IMG/VR virus record: IMGVR_UViG_3300022701_000122
Location: 64,001 to 128,000 of that record
DNA from: a virus
Reading direction: 5' to 3' (one strand)
Length of the DNA: 64,000 nt
Under the pieces are notes generated by a model that saw only the letters and a list, made by a program, of their open reading frames with translations, was not told the DNA's origin and searched no databases. A program made the translations under genes and the position numbers. Below are positions 49,752 to 58,290 of the stretch, in pieces; positions within the stretch are counted from its first letter, which is position 1, and each line of letters opens with the position of its first letter.

Positions 49752-50294
49752 ATGGCAATACCATTAATACTAAATAATTACAAATTAGCAAATAAACTAC
49801 CACAAAATATAATATTGCACCATGTTGCCTGTAAAGAAATAAGTGATGAGTATGATTTTGATAATTCTCGTTTACAATCACCAAAATATTCACTTGATAG
49901 TTATAGACAAAGTAAAAGAGAAACTGGATTTAATTTTATAATAGATAGATTTAAAAATGATTTTCAAGTTATCGTAAGTCAGCCTCTTGGAACGTTATGT
50001 GTTTATGATGATATAGATGAAAGTTTTCATAAAGATATTCATATTGGTTTTATGGGAAATTATAATGAAGATATGCCAATGAATAGATTTTATAGAGTTT
50101 TAACTTATAGATTATTATCCCCATTATTACGATCTTTTAGATTACAAGAATTTAATATTTTATTCCATTCTACATTATCAGATGACGACTCTTGTAGTTG
50201 TCCTGGTCAATTCATTGATATGGGTAAAATACTTAATAATCTAAGATCTGTACATAAACGCATACCATTAAATAGATCAAAAACAAGAGGTTAA
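49752..50294 (+). CDS. N-acetylmuramoyl-L-alanine amidase fold (Amidase_2/T7 lysozyme-like)
   Basis: IILHH, GFNFII, HIGFMGNY, ILFH, SCPG. Confidence 0.75.
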   Translation: MAIPLILNNYKLANKLPQNIILHHVACKEISDEYDFDNSRLQSPKYSLDSYRQSKRETGFNFIIDRFKNDFQVIVSQPLGTLCVYDDIDESFHKDIHIGFMGNYNEDMPMNRFYRVLTYRLLSPLLRSFRLQEFNILFHSTLSDDDSCSCPGQFIDMGKILNNLRSVHKRIPLNRSKTRG

Positions 50295-50298
50295 TAAA

Positions 50299-50595
50299 AT
50301 GGATAAAGATAAATTAGAAGAATTGTATAAAGATAACATTCAAACAAATGAATTAATGGAAGATGATGATGAGAAGTTATTTCTGTCTGAATTAACTGCA
50401 AGTACAACAAAAGTAACTAAAAGAACTAAACTAAAGCAACAAGCTGGCGTTCAAGCGTTAAGAATAGCCAAAGAGAAAAATGATCCATTATACAAAAAAT
50501 ATAAAAGATACAATACAATGAGACTTGAAATTAAAAAGAAACTAATGGACAAGTACTCAAGAAAGGGTATGCAATACGTAAGGAAAAATCTTTAA
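50299..50595 (+). CDS. Small protein with acidic N-terminus and basic C-terminus (possible head internal protein)
   Basis: GAGGT RBS; ELME and FLSE motifs precede the basic region. Confidence 0.6.
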   Translation: MDKDKLEELYKDNIQTNELMEDDDEKLFLSELTASTTKVTKRTKLKQQAGVQALRIAKEKNDPLYKKYKRYNTMRLEIKKKLMDKYSRKGMQYVRKNL

Positions 50596-50645
50596 TTAAC
50601 TATATATATTAAATAATAACATTGTTGGATTTATATGATAATGTT

Positions 50646-50783
50646 TGGTTAAGAGTGTGGAGAACCTTGGTCAGCCCGTGGTGGTCACGGGTGGGTTAAT
50701 TTCAGTTTTCTGGGTCTATTCTCTGGTGGTGGGGAATGGGTCCTTCTCCGACTGAATATCTTCATGCTCTTAACCATTTTTTT
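50646..50783 (+). ncRNA. Putative structured non-coding RNA (three-way junction, two GGUGGU-capped arms)
   Basis: 17-bp closing helix 50646-62/50760-76 with G-U pairs; hairpins 50674-92 and 50712-43; GC-rich island in AT-rich DNA; U-tract follows. Confidence 0.7.
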
Positions 50784-50825
50784 AACTAATTGTTTCTTTT
50801 TATATAAAGGATCTTTTTTATTTTT

Positions 50826-51092
50826 ATGAATTTTGAAGATATAAAATTAACATTAGAATTGATAAATGTTGTTATTGATGAATCTTGTTGCGAAGAAGTT
50901 AAAAGAGAATCAATAATATTATTATTAACTGATATATATGAATTTATGAAGATCGTTGTAGATAATGATCATCTTGAAGAATCACCAAATGATTATTATA
51001 ATCATTTGCGTTTATTGATTTTATTCAATAAAACATTAGAATCTGAAGAGAAATTAAAGTTATTAACTTTATTTAGAACTATTTCTATATGA
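50826..51092 (+). CDS. Small hypothetical protein
   Basis: AAGGA upstream; 88 aa. Confidence 0.65.
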   Translation: MNFEDIKLTLELINVVIDESCCEEVKRESIILLLTDIYEFMKIVVDNDHLEESPNDYYNHLRLLILFNKTLESEEKLKLLTLFRTISI

Positions 51093-52540
51093 AAAGGAGA
51101 TTTATGTTAAGATTTGTAAAAAAGAAAAAAGAAAAAAGAAAATGGAAAGTTTTTTTGGGAAATGAACAATTAGTAGAATTATCATTTAAACCAAATACAA
51201 TAACCAATAAATTCAAAGTTGTTGTTGAAACTATAGAAGATATGAGTAATGACATCGATGAATTTGGAGATTGGTATTCTGAATTATTGTCTAAATATAT
51301 TGAAGATGGATATAATGCAGAGATAATACTTGATAATACAATAAAATTGCTACAATATTCAATAGAATATGTAGATGGTAAAAAAGTTGATTTTAGTGAG
51401 TTTGTAAATATATCTAAATCAAATAAGACATCAATTATGTTCTATGAAAATGATTTAAGAGCAATAAGTATTGTATCTACATGTCTGAAATTATTATCTA
51501 TGTATGCATATGATGAACAAATACGAATAAACGAAAATGTTTATAAATCTATATATGAAAAATTAATAACTCCATGTGTGCAATTAGATACAACAACAAA
51601 AATATTTCAATTAGTAAGATCAAGAATTTATAGATCTGCAATAACTGACAGATACATGTGGGAATGGGTGAAAAATGCAATATTTGAAACACCAGAATCA
51701 TTTGTTATGACAATATTTAATTATGTTATGACAAATATATTATCTATTATAACAATTGGTAGAAATCCAATTCCCTACATTGTATCAATTATAGATGATA
51801 GTATTAAATGGTTAATGAAATCTCAGTATAAAGATAAGTTCTTATATGGAGAATCATATGGTGACTCTAATGATCTTTATGGATCATCTTTATCTAAAGA
51901 TGCGTTTTATATTTATTGTTGTAATGATACAATAATAAAGGGTGCAAAAATAGGTATGGATCTATTAGAACATGAGTACAATGTTACACATGATCAATTT
52001 GATGAAATAAGAGATAGACTTGATCAAATAAATGTTTTAACTCCAAATATCAAATTACTTATAATGCCCATTATATCAAAGATATTAGATATACCTTATA
52101 AATATCTTTTAACATGTCCACCAAAACATGCTTTATTATTGGGAGTCTTTATACATTATATATCAAAAGATCAATTTAAAAATAGATTTCCTATAATACT
52201 AAAGTATATGATATCTTGTCCAAATAGAACAGAACAAGCATTCATGTCCACAAGAAGTAGCTATAAAATAAGAAATCTTGAATTTATAATAAACGATGAA
52301 AATAGTAATATATTTGGATTTAAATCAGCAGTTGTTAAATTTGATATAATGAGTAGTATATGTGGAGTTTTGTCAGCTTCTAAAAAGAACTTGATAAATT
52401 TAATAACTGGAAAAAGATTAACTAAAATTACTTATCTTGATTTGGAACATGATATAACTAATTTTTTCACAGGATTATATTCTGGTTCTTTAAATCCATT
52501 ATTTGAAAAATTAAAAGACAAAGCAGATTTGTATTATTAA
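51089..52540 (+). CDS. Helical hypothetical protein, candidate promoter-specificity subunit of the phage RNAP
   Basis: ORF solid (likely start 51104, AAGGAG RBS); function only inferred from size, helicity and proximity to beta' genes. Confidence 0.35.
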   Translation: MKRRFMLRFVKKKKEKRKWKVFLGNEQLVELSFKPNTITNKFKVVVETIEDMSNDIDEFGDWYSELLSKYIEDGYNAEIILDNTIKLLQYSIEYVDGKKVDFSEFVNISKSNKTSIMFYENDLRAISIVSTCLKLLSMYAYDEQIRINENVYKSIYEKLITPCVQLDTTTKIFQLVRSRIYRSAITDRYMWEWVKNAIFETPESFVMTIFNYVMTNILSIITIGRNPIPYIVSIIDDSIKWLMKSQYKDKFLYGESYGDSNDLYGSSLSKDAFYIYCCNDTIIKGAKIGMDLLEHEYNVTHDQFDEIRDRLDQINVLTPNIKLLIMPIISKILDIPYKYLLTCPPKHALLLGVFIHYISKDQFKNRFPIILKYMISCPNRTEQAFMSTRSSYKIRNLEFIINDENSNIFGFKSAVVKFDIMSSICGVLSASKKNLINLITGKRLTKITYLDLEHDITNFFTGLYSGSLNPLFEKLKDKADLYY

Positions 52541-52606
52541 GTTTCTACTGTTTTTCAAACAGATTCATTAATTTTATATATATGGTAAAAATAAGGGATT
52601 TGAAAA

Positions 52607-53617
52607 ATGTCAATTATAAAAGACAATGATATTAAAATAGTTAATTTGATACTAACAAGAAAATGTAATCTGAGTTGTAACTATTGTAGATTATCTGGAA
52701 ATTTAAGTTATGAGAATTCACCATATCCAGATAAAGAATATTTTTATGAAAATGAATTAGATTATAATGAATGGAAAGATATTATAAGATATTTTAATAC
52801 CAGAAATGAAAATACATTTTTCATATTAGTTGGCGGTGAACCTTTATTCTATAAAAATTTATATAAAATAGTTAATTATCTTAATTATATCAATGCACCA
52901 TATACAATAATATCAAATTGTTCAGAACAAGTTATCCCATTAATAGATGATTTACTTAATAAATGTGGAAAGTTGAAAGGGTTCACTGCAAGTGTAGATC
53001 CCATAATAGATAGTTCAGATAAAAGTATTATACATAAAACAAACAATGGGTTTAAAGTATTAAAATGGTTGAAAGATAAAGATTTAGTTGATGATATTGT
53101 TGCCGAAGTTACAGTAGATAATGATAATATTAAATATCTGATAGAAACTGTTAAGATATTAGATAATAATGGTATAACTACAGATATAACAACATTAGAT
53201 ATATGCAAATCTAAAAATTATGATTTTTCAAATATACGTGATTATTCTAGAGCAGTTCAAAAATCACCAGAAACATTTGAAATATTTAAAAGTTTGATAA
53301 ATTCTAATTTTAAAATACATATGAAAGATCAATTATTGCCAGTTATATATTCCAAGTTACCATGTACCATGAGATGTAATATTAAAATAGGTAATATAAA
53401 CAATATAACAATTGATTCAGATGGTGCTGTTAGATTGTGTTATCGGATAAGGGGCGTTGATTCTGTTAAAAATAGTTATAAAGATATAATTAGAGTTAAT
53501 CTTAATGGTAGTGTTGAAGCTGGATTAATTTCTGATTATAAGAAGTTATGTAGAGGGTGTATTTGGACATGTATGATGATGTCTAATTTACCAAGTGAAA
53601 ATATAATTAATCATTAA
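52607..53617 (+). CDS. Radical SAM protein with C-terminal Cys cluster (SPASM/twitch-like)
   Basis: CNLSCNYC, VGGEPL, ISN, C-terminal C..CY...CRGCIWTC. Confidence 0.9.
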   Translation: MSIIKDNDIKIVNLILTRKCNLSCNYCRLSGNLSYENSPYPDKEYFYENELDYNEWKDIIRYFNTRNENTFFILVGGEPLFYKNLYKIVNYLNYINAPYTIISNCSEQVIPLIDDLLNKCGKLKGFTASVDPIIDSSDKSIIHKTNNGFKVLKWLKDKDLVDDIVAEVTVDNDNIKYLIETVKILDNNGITTDITTLDICKSKNYDFSNIRDYSRAVQKSPETFEIFKSLINSNFKIHMKDQLLPVIYSKLPCTMRCNIKIGNINNITIDSDGAVRLCYRIRGVDSVKNSYKDIIRVNLNGSVEAGLISDYKKLCRGCIWTCMMMSNLPSENIINH

Positions 53618-53628
53618 AGGAATTTATT

Positions 53629-54813
53629 ATGACTCGTAAACCAAACTTATTTATATCGAAAAGAAATTATGATGATATTCCAAAATTGGCAAGTAAAACT
53701 CAATGGTTAGATAAAGGAGCAACCATAAAGTGTTCTAAAAAGTATCAGGGAGATATGATTAACTTTTTAGCTGGTTTTGGATTGGAAGTTAAAAGATATG
53801 ATAACGAAACCAATATTTTCGAAGTTTTAAAGAAGAATAGTGAACAACCAAGATATAAACAATATCTTAAAGATAAAAAGCAAAAAGAGCTTGATATCCA
53901 ATTTGAAAAACTTAAAAAATTTAATGTCGCAACACCAACCAGAAAATTAATTATTGGAAGAAAGTATAAATCATTATTAACCCCAAGTTTAATATATGAA
54001 GTTATTGGAGTTTCCGACGATTTTAAATTTTATCATTGTAAACTCAAAAAATCATATGGGTATCATTACTATAATAATCAAAATTATGAGAAATGGGTAA
54101 TATGGTCGTATATAAACCCAATACCTCTTGATTCAGATAATGTTTCGGAAGAAGATTCATGTAAAGTAATAACTTCTAGTTTATTTAACATGTATTCTTT
54201 TTCAAATCGATCAATTAGTGAGTTGTATAAAAGATGTATAGAACACAATATCGATTTTTCTAATGTTAATACTGATGGATTAGATAATGAATATAAATTA
54301 AATGTTATAAGATCTCTTGTATATGGATTTTCTATAGGAAGTATGGTTTTCATTAAAGAAAGATCTGGTGGTGGTGAAGTTAAAAAATATATTTGTATAT
54401 ATGGTGGAGAGAGATTGAAAACTATATTTGATTTTATAGAAGGAAGATTCAAATTATATTTTACAGGCCAACTTCCAGAAGAAGGGAAGTACATACATCA
54501 ATTAAATGATGATTTTAGAAAAAGATTCTTTGATTCAGCTTATATAAATATATGTACTATAGCATTAAACGAATATGATGGTGAACTGGAAAAACTTTTA
54601 AAGATAGTTAAGTCAGTTATCACATTCAATTATGGATTACTTGGATCGTCCAATCAAAATATTCAAAATCTGCGAACGTTTGAACTAAAATTACATGATG
54701 TTGTTAATCATGTAAGAGGAAGGTTTGATGATGTAAGAAGTCCTCTAATTAGAGAATTGGTCAGACACAGATCTTCATTTTATATAAACCAAGATGAAGA
54801 AGAAACTGCGTAA
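53629..54813 (+). CDS. DUF262 (ParB/Srx-like) domain protein, degenerate motif
   Basis: SLVYGFSIGSMVF...IYGGERLKTIFDFIEG aligns with the DUF262 IDGQQRLTTI..F motif. Confidence 0.6.
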   Translation: MTRKPNLFISKRNYDDIPKLASKTQWLDKGATIKCSKKYQGDMINFLAGFGLEVKRYDNETNIFEVLKKNSEQPRYKQYLKDKKQKELDIQFEKLKKFNVATPTRKLIIGRKYKSLLTPSLIYEVIGVSDDFKFYHCKLKKSYGYHYYNNQNYEKWVIWSYINPIPLDSDNVSEEDSCKVITSSLFNMYSFSNRSISELYKRCIEHNIDFSNVNTDGLDNEYKLNVIRSLVYGFSIGSMVFIKERSGGGEVKKYICIYGGERLKTIFDFIEGRFKLYFTGQLPEEGKYIHQLNDDFRKRFFDSAYINICTIALNEYDGELEKLLKIVKSVITFNYGLLGSSNQNIQNLRTFELKLHDVVNHVRGRFDDVRSPLIRELVRHRSSFYINQDEEETA

Positions 54814-54816
54814 ATG

Positions 54817-54863
54817 AATGGGCATGAATTCTTAAGTTAATTCATGCCCATTTATTTTTTTTT
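54817..54863 (+). terminator. Rho-independent terminator
   Basis: AATGGGCATGAATT/AATTCATGCCCATT 14-bp stem + T-run. Confidence 0.9.
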
Positions 54864-54883
54864 GAAAAATGTGTAAAAATGAA

Positions 54884-54898
54884 GGACAAACTGTAAAT
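54884..54898 (+). promoter_or_regulatory. GGACAAA motif, putative phage promoter
   Basis: GAAGGACAAACTGTAAAT right after a terminator. Confidence 0.7.
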
Positions 54899-54918
54899 TT
54901 GTATATAAAGGAGAATAT

Positions 54919-55320
54919 ATGAAAGAAATAGATATATTAAAAGATATTGTGCGTAGTAAAGGAATTATTACAGAACAAGAATTTATGAGTAAGAAATCGA
55001 ATAGAGTAAGATTACATTCAACCAATCCAAAATCATTTTTAGCTGTTGGTAAAAATGGAACACCAAGATTTCCAATAGTTAATCAATATAACGCTGTATC
55101 TATGTCTACATTAAAAAGAAGTTTAGCAGCAGCAAGAAGACAGAGATCAATAGCTCAAAATAAAAGTAAGTATCAAAAAATAATTGATAAATTAAAAGTT
55201 TATATAAATAGAATTGAAAAAAGAACGAATACTTATCCAGTATCTTATAAGATAGATAATGCATTAAAAAATATATTGAATAAAGGTATGAAAAAAACAC
55301 TCATAAAAATAGGCGAATAG
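54919..55320 (+). CDS. Basic hypothetical protein
   Basis: AAGGAG RBS; K/R-rich. Confidence 0.7.
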   Translation: MKEIDILKDIVRSKGIITEQEFMSKKSNRVRLHSTNPKSFLAVGKNGTPRFPIVNQYNAVSMSTLKRSLAAARRQRSIAQNKSKYQKIIDKLKVYINRIEKRTNTYPVSYKIDNALKNILNKGMKKTLIKIGE

Positions 55321-55330
55321 GTTAATTGAT

Positions 55331-56257
55331 ATGATAAATGTAATAAATGTAAATAAGTTTATTCGTGAAGGAAAATTGAAGGGTCCGATAACGAGTCCTC
55401 AAATATTCATGGGTAAATCTTATACACCACATCCAGAAGGGTTACATAGCGAAGAAATATTTGGATTAGACGGTTCACCGGAAAGAAGAAATTCGATGTC
55501 GTGGATTGATTTGAACTGTAATGTAATACATCCAGTATTTTATGATATTGTATCTAAACAAATAGAGAAAAAAATTGTTAAACTAATATCTAATGAAGAA
55601 ATGTTTACTATAAATGAAGAGACAGGTGAACTTGTTCAAGACGAAGAAGGGGAATTAACTGGATTTTCAAGTTTTGTTAAAAATATAGATAAAATAAAAT
55701 TTAGAAGAGCAGAAGAAGGATCAAAAGGTAATAGAAATAAGGTAGTTAGTGTTTTAGAAAAAAATATTAAGAATAATACATTTTTTATAAATAAATTGAT
55801 AGTTATTGCACCAGACTATAGACCAATATTTTATTCAGAATCGGATGATCGACCAACAATCGATGAGTTAAATGATATATATAAAAGTATTATAATATTA
55901 TCTAATCAATTAAAAAGTGTATCTGGACCATTATTTGACATACTTAGCTATAAAATGCAGATGTATATGAAAGAATTGTTTGAATGGGTTAAATCGAAAG
56001 TGAGTAAAAAACACGGTATAATAAGAAGAATGATGCTTGGTAAACGAGTAGATTTTTCTGCTCGATCTGTTATATCACCAAATCCAAATCTTAAACTTGG
56101 TGAAGTTGGAATACCACTTAATACGGCGTGTGGTTTATTTGAACCAAATTTGATATATGGTATAGTAAATTCTCCGTATTCCAAAGATATACCAGATGAA
56201 TTTCATGAAGAAGTTAAATCATTTTTGGGTAAAGAATTACTTCCTGATTTAACGTAA
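55331..56257 (+). CDS. rpoC: RNA polymerase beta' subunit, N-terminal part
   Basis: GLHSEEIFG, MSWIDL, APDYRP, LNDIY, GIIRRMMLGKRVDFSARSVI, VGIP, LFEP; clamp Zn finger absent. Confidence 0.93.
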   Translation: MINVINVNKFIREGKLKGPITSPQIFMGKSYTPHPEGLHSEEIFGLDGSPERRNSMSWIDLNCNVIHPVFYDIVSKQIEKKIVKLISNEEMFTINEETGELVQDEEGELTGFSSFVKNIDKIKFRRAEEGSKGNRNKVVSVLEKNIKNNTFFINKLIVIAPDYRPIFYSESDDRPTIDELNDIYKSIIILSNQLKSVSGPLFDILSYKMQMYMKELFEWVKSKVSKKHGIIRRMMLGKRVDFSARSVISPNPNLKLGEVGIPLNTACGLFEPNLIYGIVNSPYSKDIPDEFHEEVKSFLGKELLPDLT

Positions 56258-56276
56258 TAATAAAGGCGATTAAAAA

Positions 56277-56957
56277 ATGTATATATCAGAACAGTATTTA
56301 AATGAATTATCTTATTTCGTAACGCCATACGTTAAAAAATTAATAAATAATATCCCAACTGTTACTAAAAAAGATTTCATTGGCAATGTTGAGCCAGGAG
56401 ATATTGTTCTTGGATTTTCGCCAAGAGAACTGAAAACGGTAAGAACATCTAAGATAATTGCATCTGTTCAACGATCACCATATACTACTTCAAAAATTGT
56501 TGCTGATAATAAGACTATTATTGGATATGGAGTTAAGGCAGTCAATACAGTTGATGAAAATTTTCTTAGAACATATCAATTAAGAAATTTATTAATTGAA
56601 CGACATGAATTATGTTTAATTAGAATAAATGATGCTACACTTACACAAAAAAGAAAAGCTATAGATTTTTGTTTAAATAGACTTGGACTTGAATATAATT
56701 CTTCTGATTTATTGAAAACTATATGGAATGTTTTTACACGAAAGAAACTATTTCCATTTTTTAGAAATGAACCATTGGAGAAAAAAGAAGTAGATAATTT
56801 ACAAAGACCACTTTTTTGTTCTTCTATTATTGCATTGGGTTATTGGTATGCCGGATATAAACATAAATTTAATGGTAAGAGTCCATACGAACTTTGGCCT
56901 ATTGATTTTTTAATTGATGATAATACAACTGGTGTTTGTAGAGTGGAGCAATTATAA
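56277..56957 (+). CDS. Permuted papain-like (YiiX/YebB, NlpC/P60 superfamily) protein with N-terminal leader; catalytic His missing
   Basis: PGDIVL, SPYTTSKI (normally SxYSHVGI), LGLEY, LFCSSII, WPIDF; leader MYISEQYLNE. Confidence 0.75.
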   Translation: MYISEQYLNELSYFVTPYVKKLINNIPTVTKKDFIGNVEPGDIVLGFSPRELKTVRTSKIIASVQRSPYTTSKIVADNKTIIGYGVKAVNTVDENFLRTYQLRNLLIERHELCLIRINDATLTQKRKAIDFCLNRLGLEYNSSDLLKTIWNVFTRKKLFPFFRNEPLEKKEVDNLQRPLFCSSIIALGYWYAGYKHKFNGKSPYELWPIDFLIDDNTTGVCRVEQL

Positions 56958-56976
56958 AAAATAAAGGATAATCGTA

Positions 56977-57264
56977 ATGATGGATTTTTTTAAAGAACGT
57001 CACATTTATGATAAGTTAGTAGATGATAACGTATTAGTATGGGAAAGTCATGAAGATGATGTAGATTATTTTGTAAAATGGACGAGAGTAAGTGATAATG
57101 AACACAGAATAAGAGAACATGTGCCAGTTAATAGATGTAATACATTTGGTCAATCAAGATTAAGTTTAAATTTTTTAAAAAAAGGAAAATATCAAATAGA
57201 TATAACTGCATATAGTGAAAAAGGTCTTCAGAGTGATAAGTCATCTATTTTATTGTCAATATAA
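56977..57264 (+). CDS. Small FN3/Ig-like protein
   Basis: LVW...Y...GKYQIDITAY...S. Confidence 0.5.
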   Translation: MMDFFKERHIYDKLVDDNVLVWESHEDDVDYFVKWTRVSDNEHRIREHVPVNRCNTFGQSRLSLNFLKKGKYQIDITAYSEKGLQSDKSSILLSI

Positions 57265-57323
57265 CAAACATTTTTATTAGTTAATGTCAATAGTATAAAC
57301 ACTGGTAAGAAAGGATTAAAGAA

Positions 57324-57728
57324 ATGAAGAAATTAAATTTTACATTAATTTTATTGCCGATTATTGTTGTTTGTTTTATGGTTTCCCCATTATTTGCTGC
57401 AACTGTAACATTAACATGGAATCAACCAAATGAATCGGAAGAAAATATTACGGAATGGGAAGTGTTTTGGGGATACGAGGGTAGAGGTGGAAACGGTGAA
57501 GAGTTTGTATACCAATTTAATCCAACCACAAATTCAGAATTACTTGTGACTGAGAAAACATGCGTTATAGAAAATGTAGATAATGGAAAACAGACATTTT
57601 ATGCAGTTAGAGCCAAATCTGGAGAAGTAAGAAGTTTTTATTCAGAAGAAGTATCAACTACTATTCCATTATCAAGTCCATCTGGAATTCAGATTAATAT
57701 ATCGATAACGATTACAACAAATCCATAA
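57324..57728 (+). CDS. Secreted fibronectin type III protein with signal peptide
   Basis: MKK + hydrophobic core + LFA cleavage; ATVTLTWN...TFYAVRA...SFYSEEV. Confidence 0.8.
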   Translation: MKKLNFTLILLPIIVVCFMVSPLFAATVTLTWNQPNESEENITEWEVFWGYEGRGGNGEEFVYQFNPTTNSELLVTEKTCVIENVDNGKQTFYAVRAKSGEVRSFYSEEVSTTIPLSSPSGIQINISITITTNP

Positions 57729-57769
57729 ATAATTAATAGTAATTATATAATAAATAAAATGGGTGATTT

Positions 57770-58273
57770 ATGTTTTTATCAGAAGAATGCATCAATGAAA
57801 AAATAAATTTAAGTGAAGGAAAATTTTGGGAATGGTTAAAGAAAGTATTCTATGATCATAATCCAAGACATCCACGAATGGTAGAATTAAATCAAGATTA
57901 TTATGAATATATTTGGCATTGTAAAAGAGATCATCGAGATACAACGATGAAAGCAAATATTCCAATTGGTAATGATACTGAAATAAAAATGGATTACGAT
58001 GAAGAAAATATTCAAAAGACTGCATGTGTTCTTGAAGCACGTATTGAATATTTAGAAGGAATAATAGCTGTTATAGAGGAGGAAGGTATAGAGGAAGTTT
58101 GTCAATATAATAAATATAAATCGGAATGTCACAATGTATCACGTAATCTTCTTAGAGCATCAAAAATACGATTAAAACATGATAAAAAATATCTGCAAGG
58201 AATAAAATCTGGAAGGGTAAAACCAAGACGAGATTTTAAAGCAGAATTAGATAATGCCAAATATATAATTTAA
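57770..58273 (+). CDS. Hypothetical protein with N-terminal leader
   Basis: Leader MFLSEECINE related to 56277 and 58291. Confidence 0.75.
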   Translation: MFLSEECINEKINLSEGKFWEWLKKVFYDHNPRHPRMVELNQDYYEYIWHCKRDHRDTTMKANIPIGNDTEIKMDYDEENIQKTACVLEARIEYLEGIIAVIEEEGIEEVCQYNKYKSECHNVSRNLLRASKIRLKHDKKYLQGIKSGRVKPRRDFKAELDNAKYII

Positions 58274-58290
58274 AATGAGAATAATAAAAA

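Noticed and set aside
50646-50776. tRNA gene (3' ACCA; minus strand begins TGGTTAAGAGCA)
   Set aside because: No TpsiC loop, D-arm or 7-nt anticodon loop; kept as an unknown structured RNA instead
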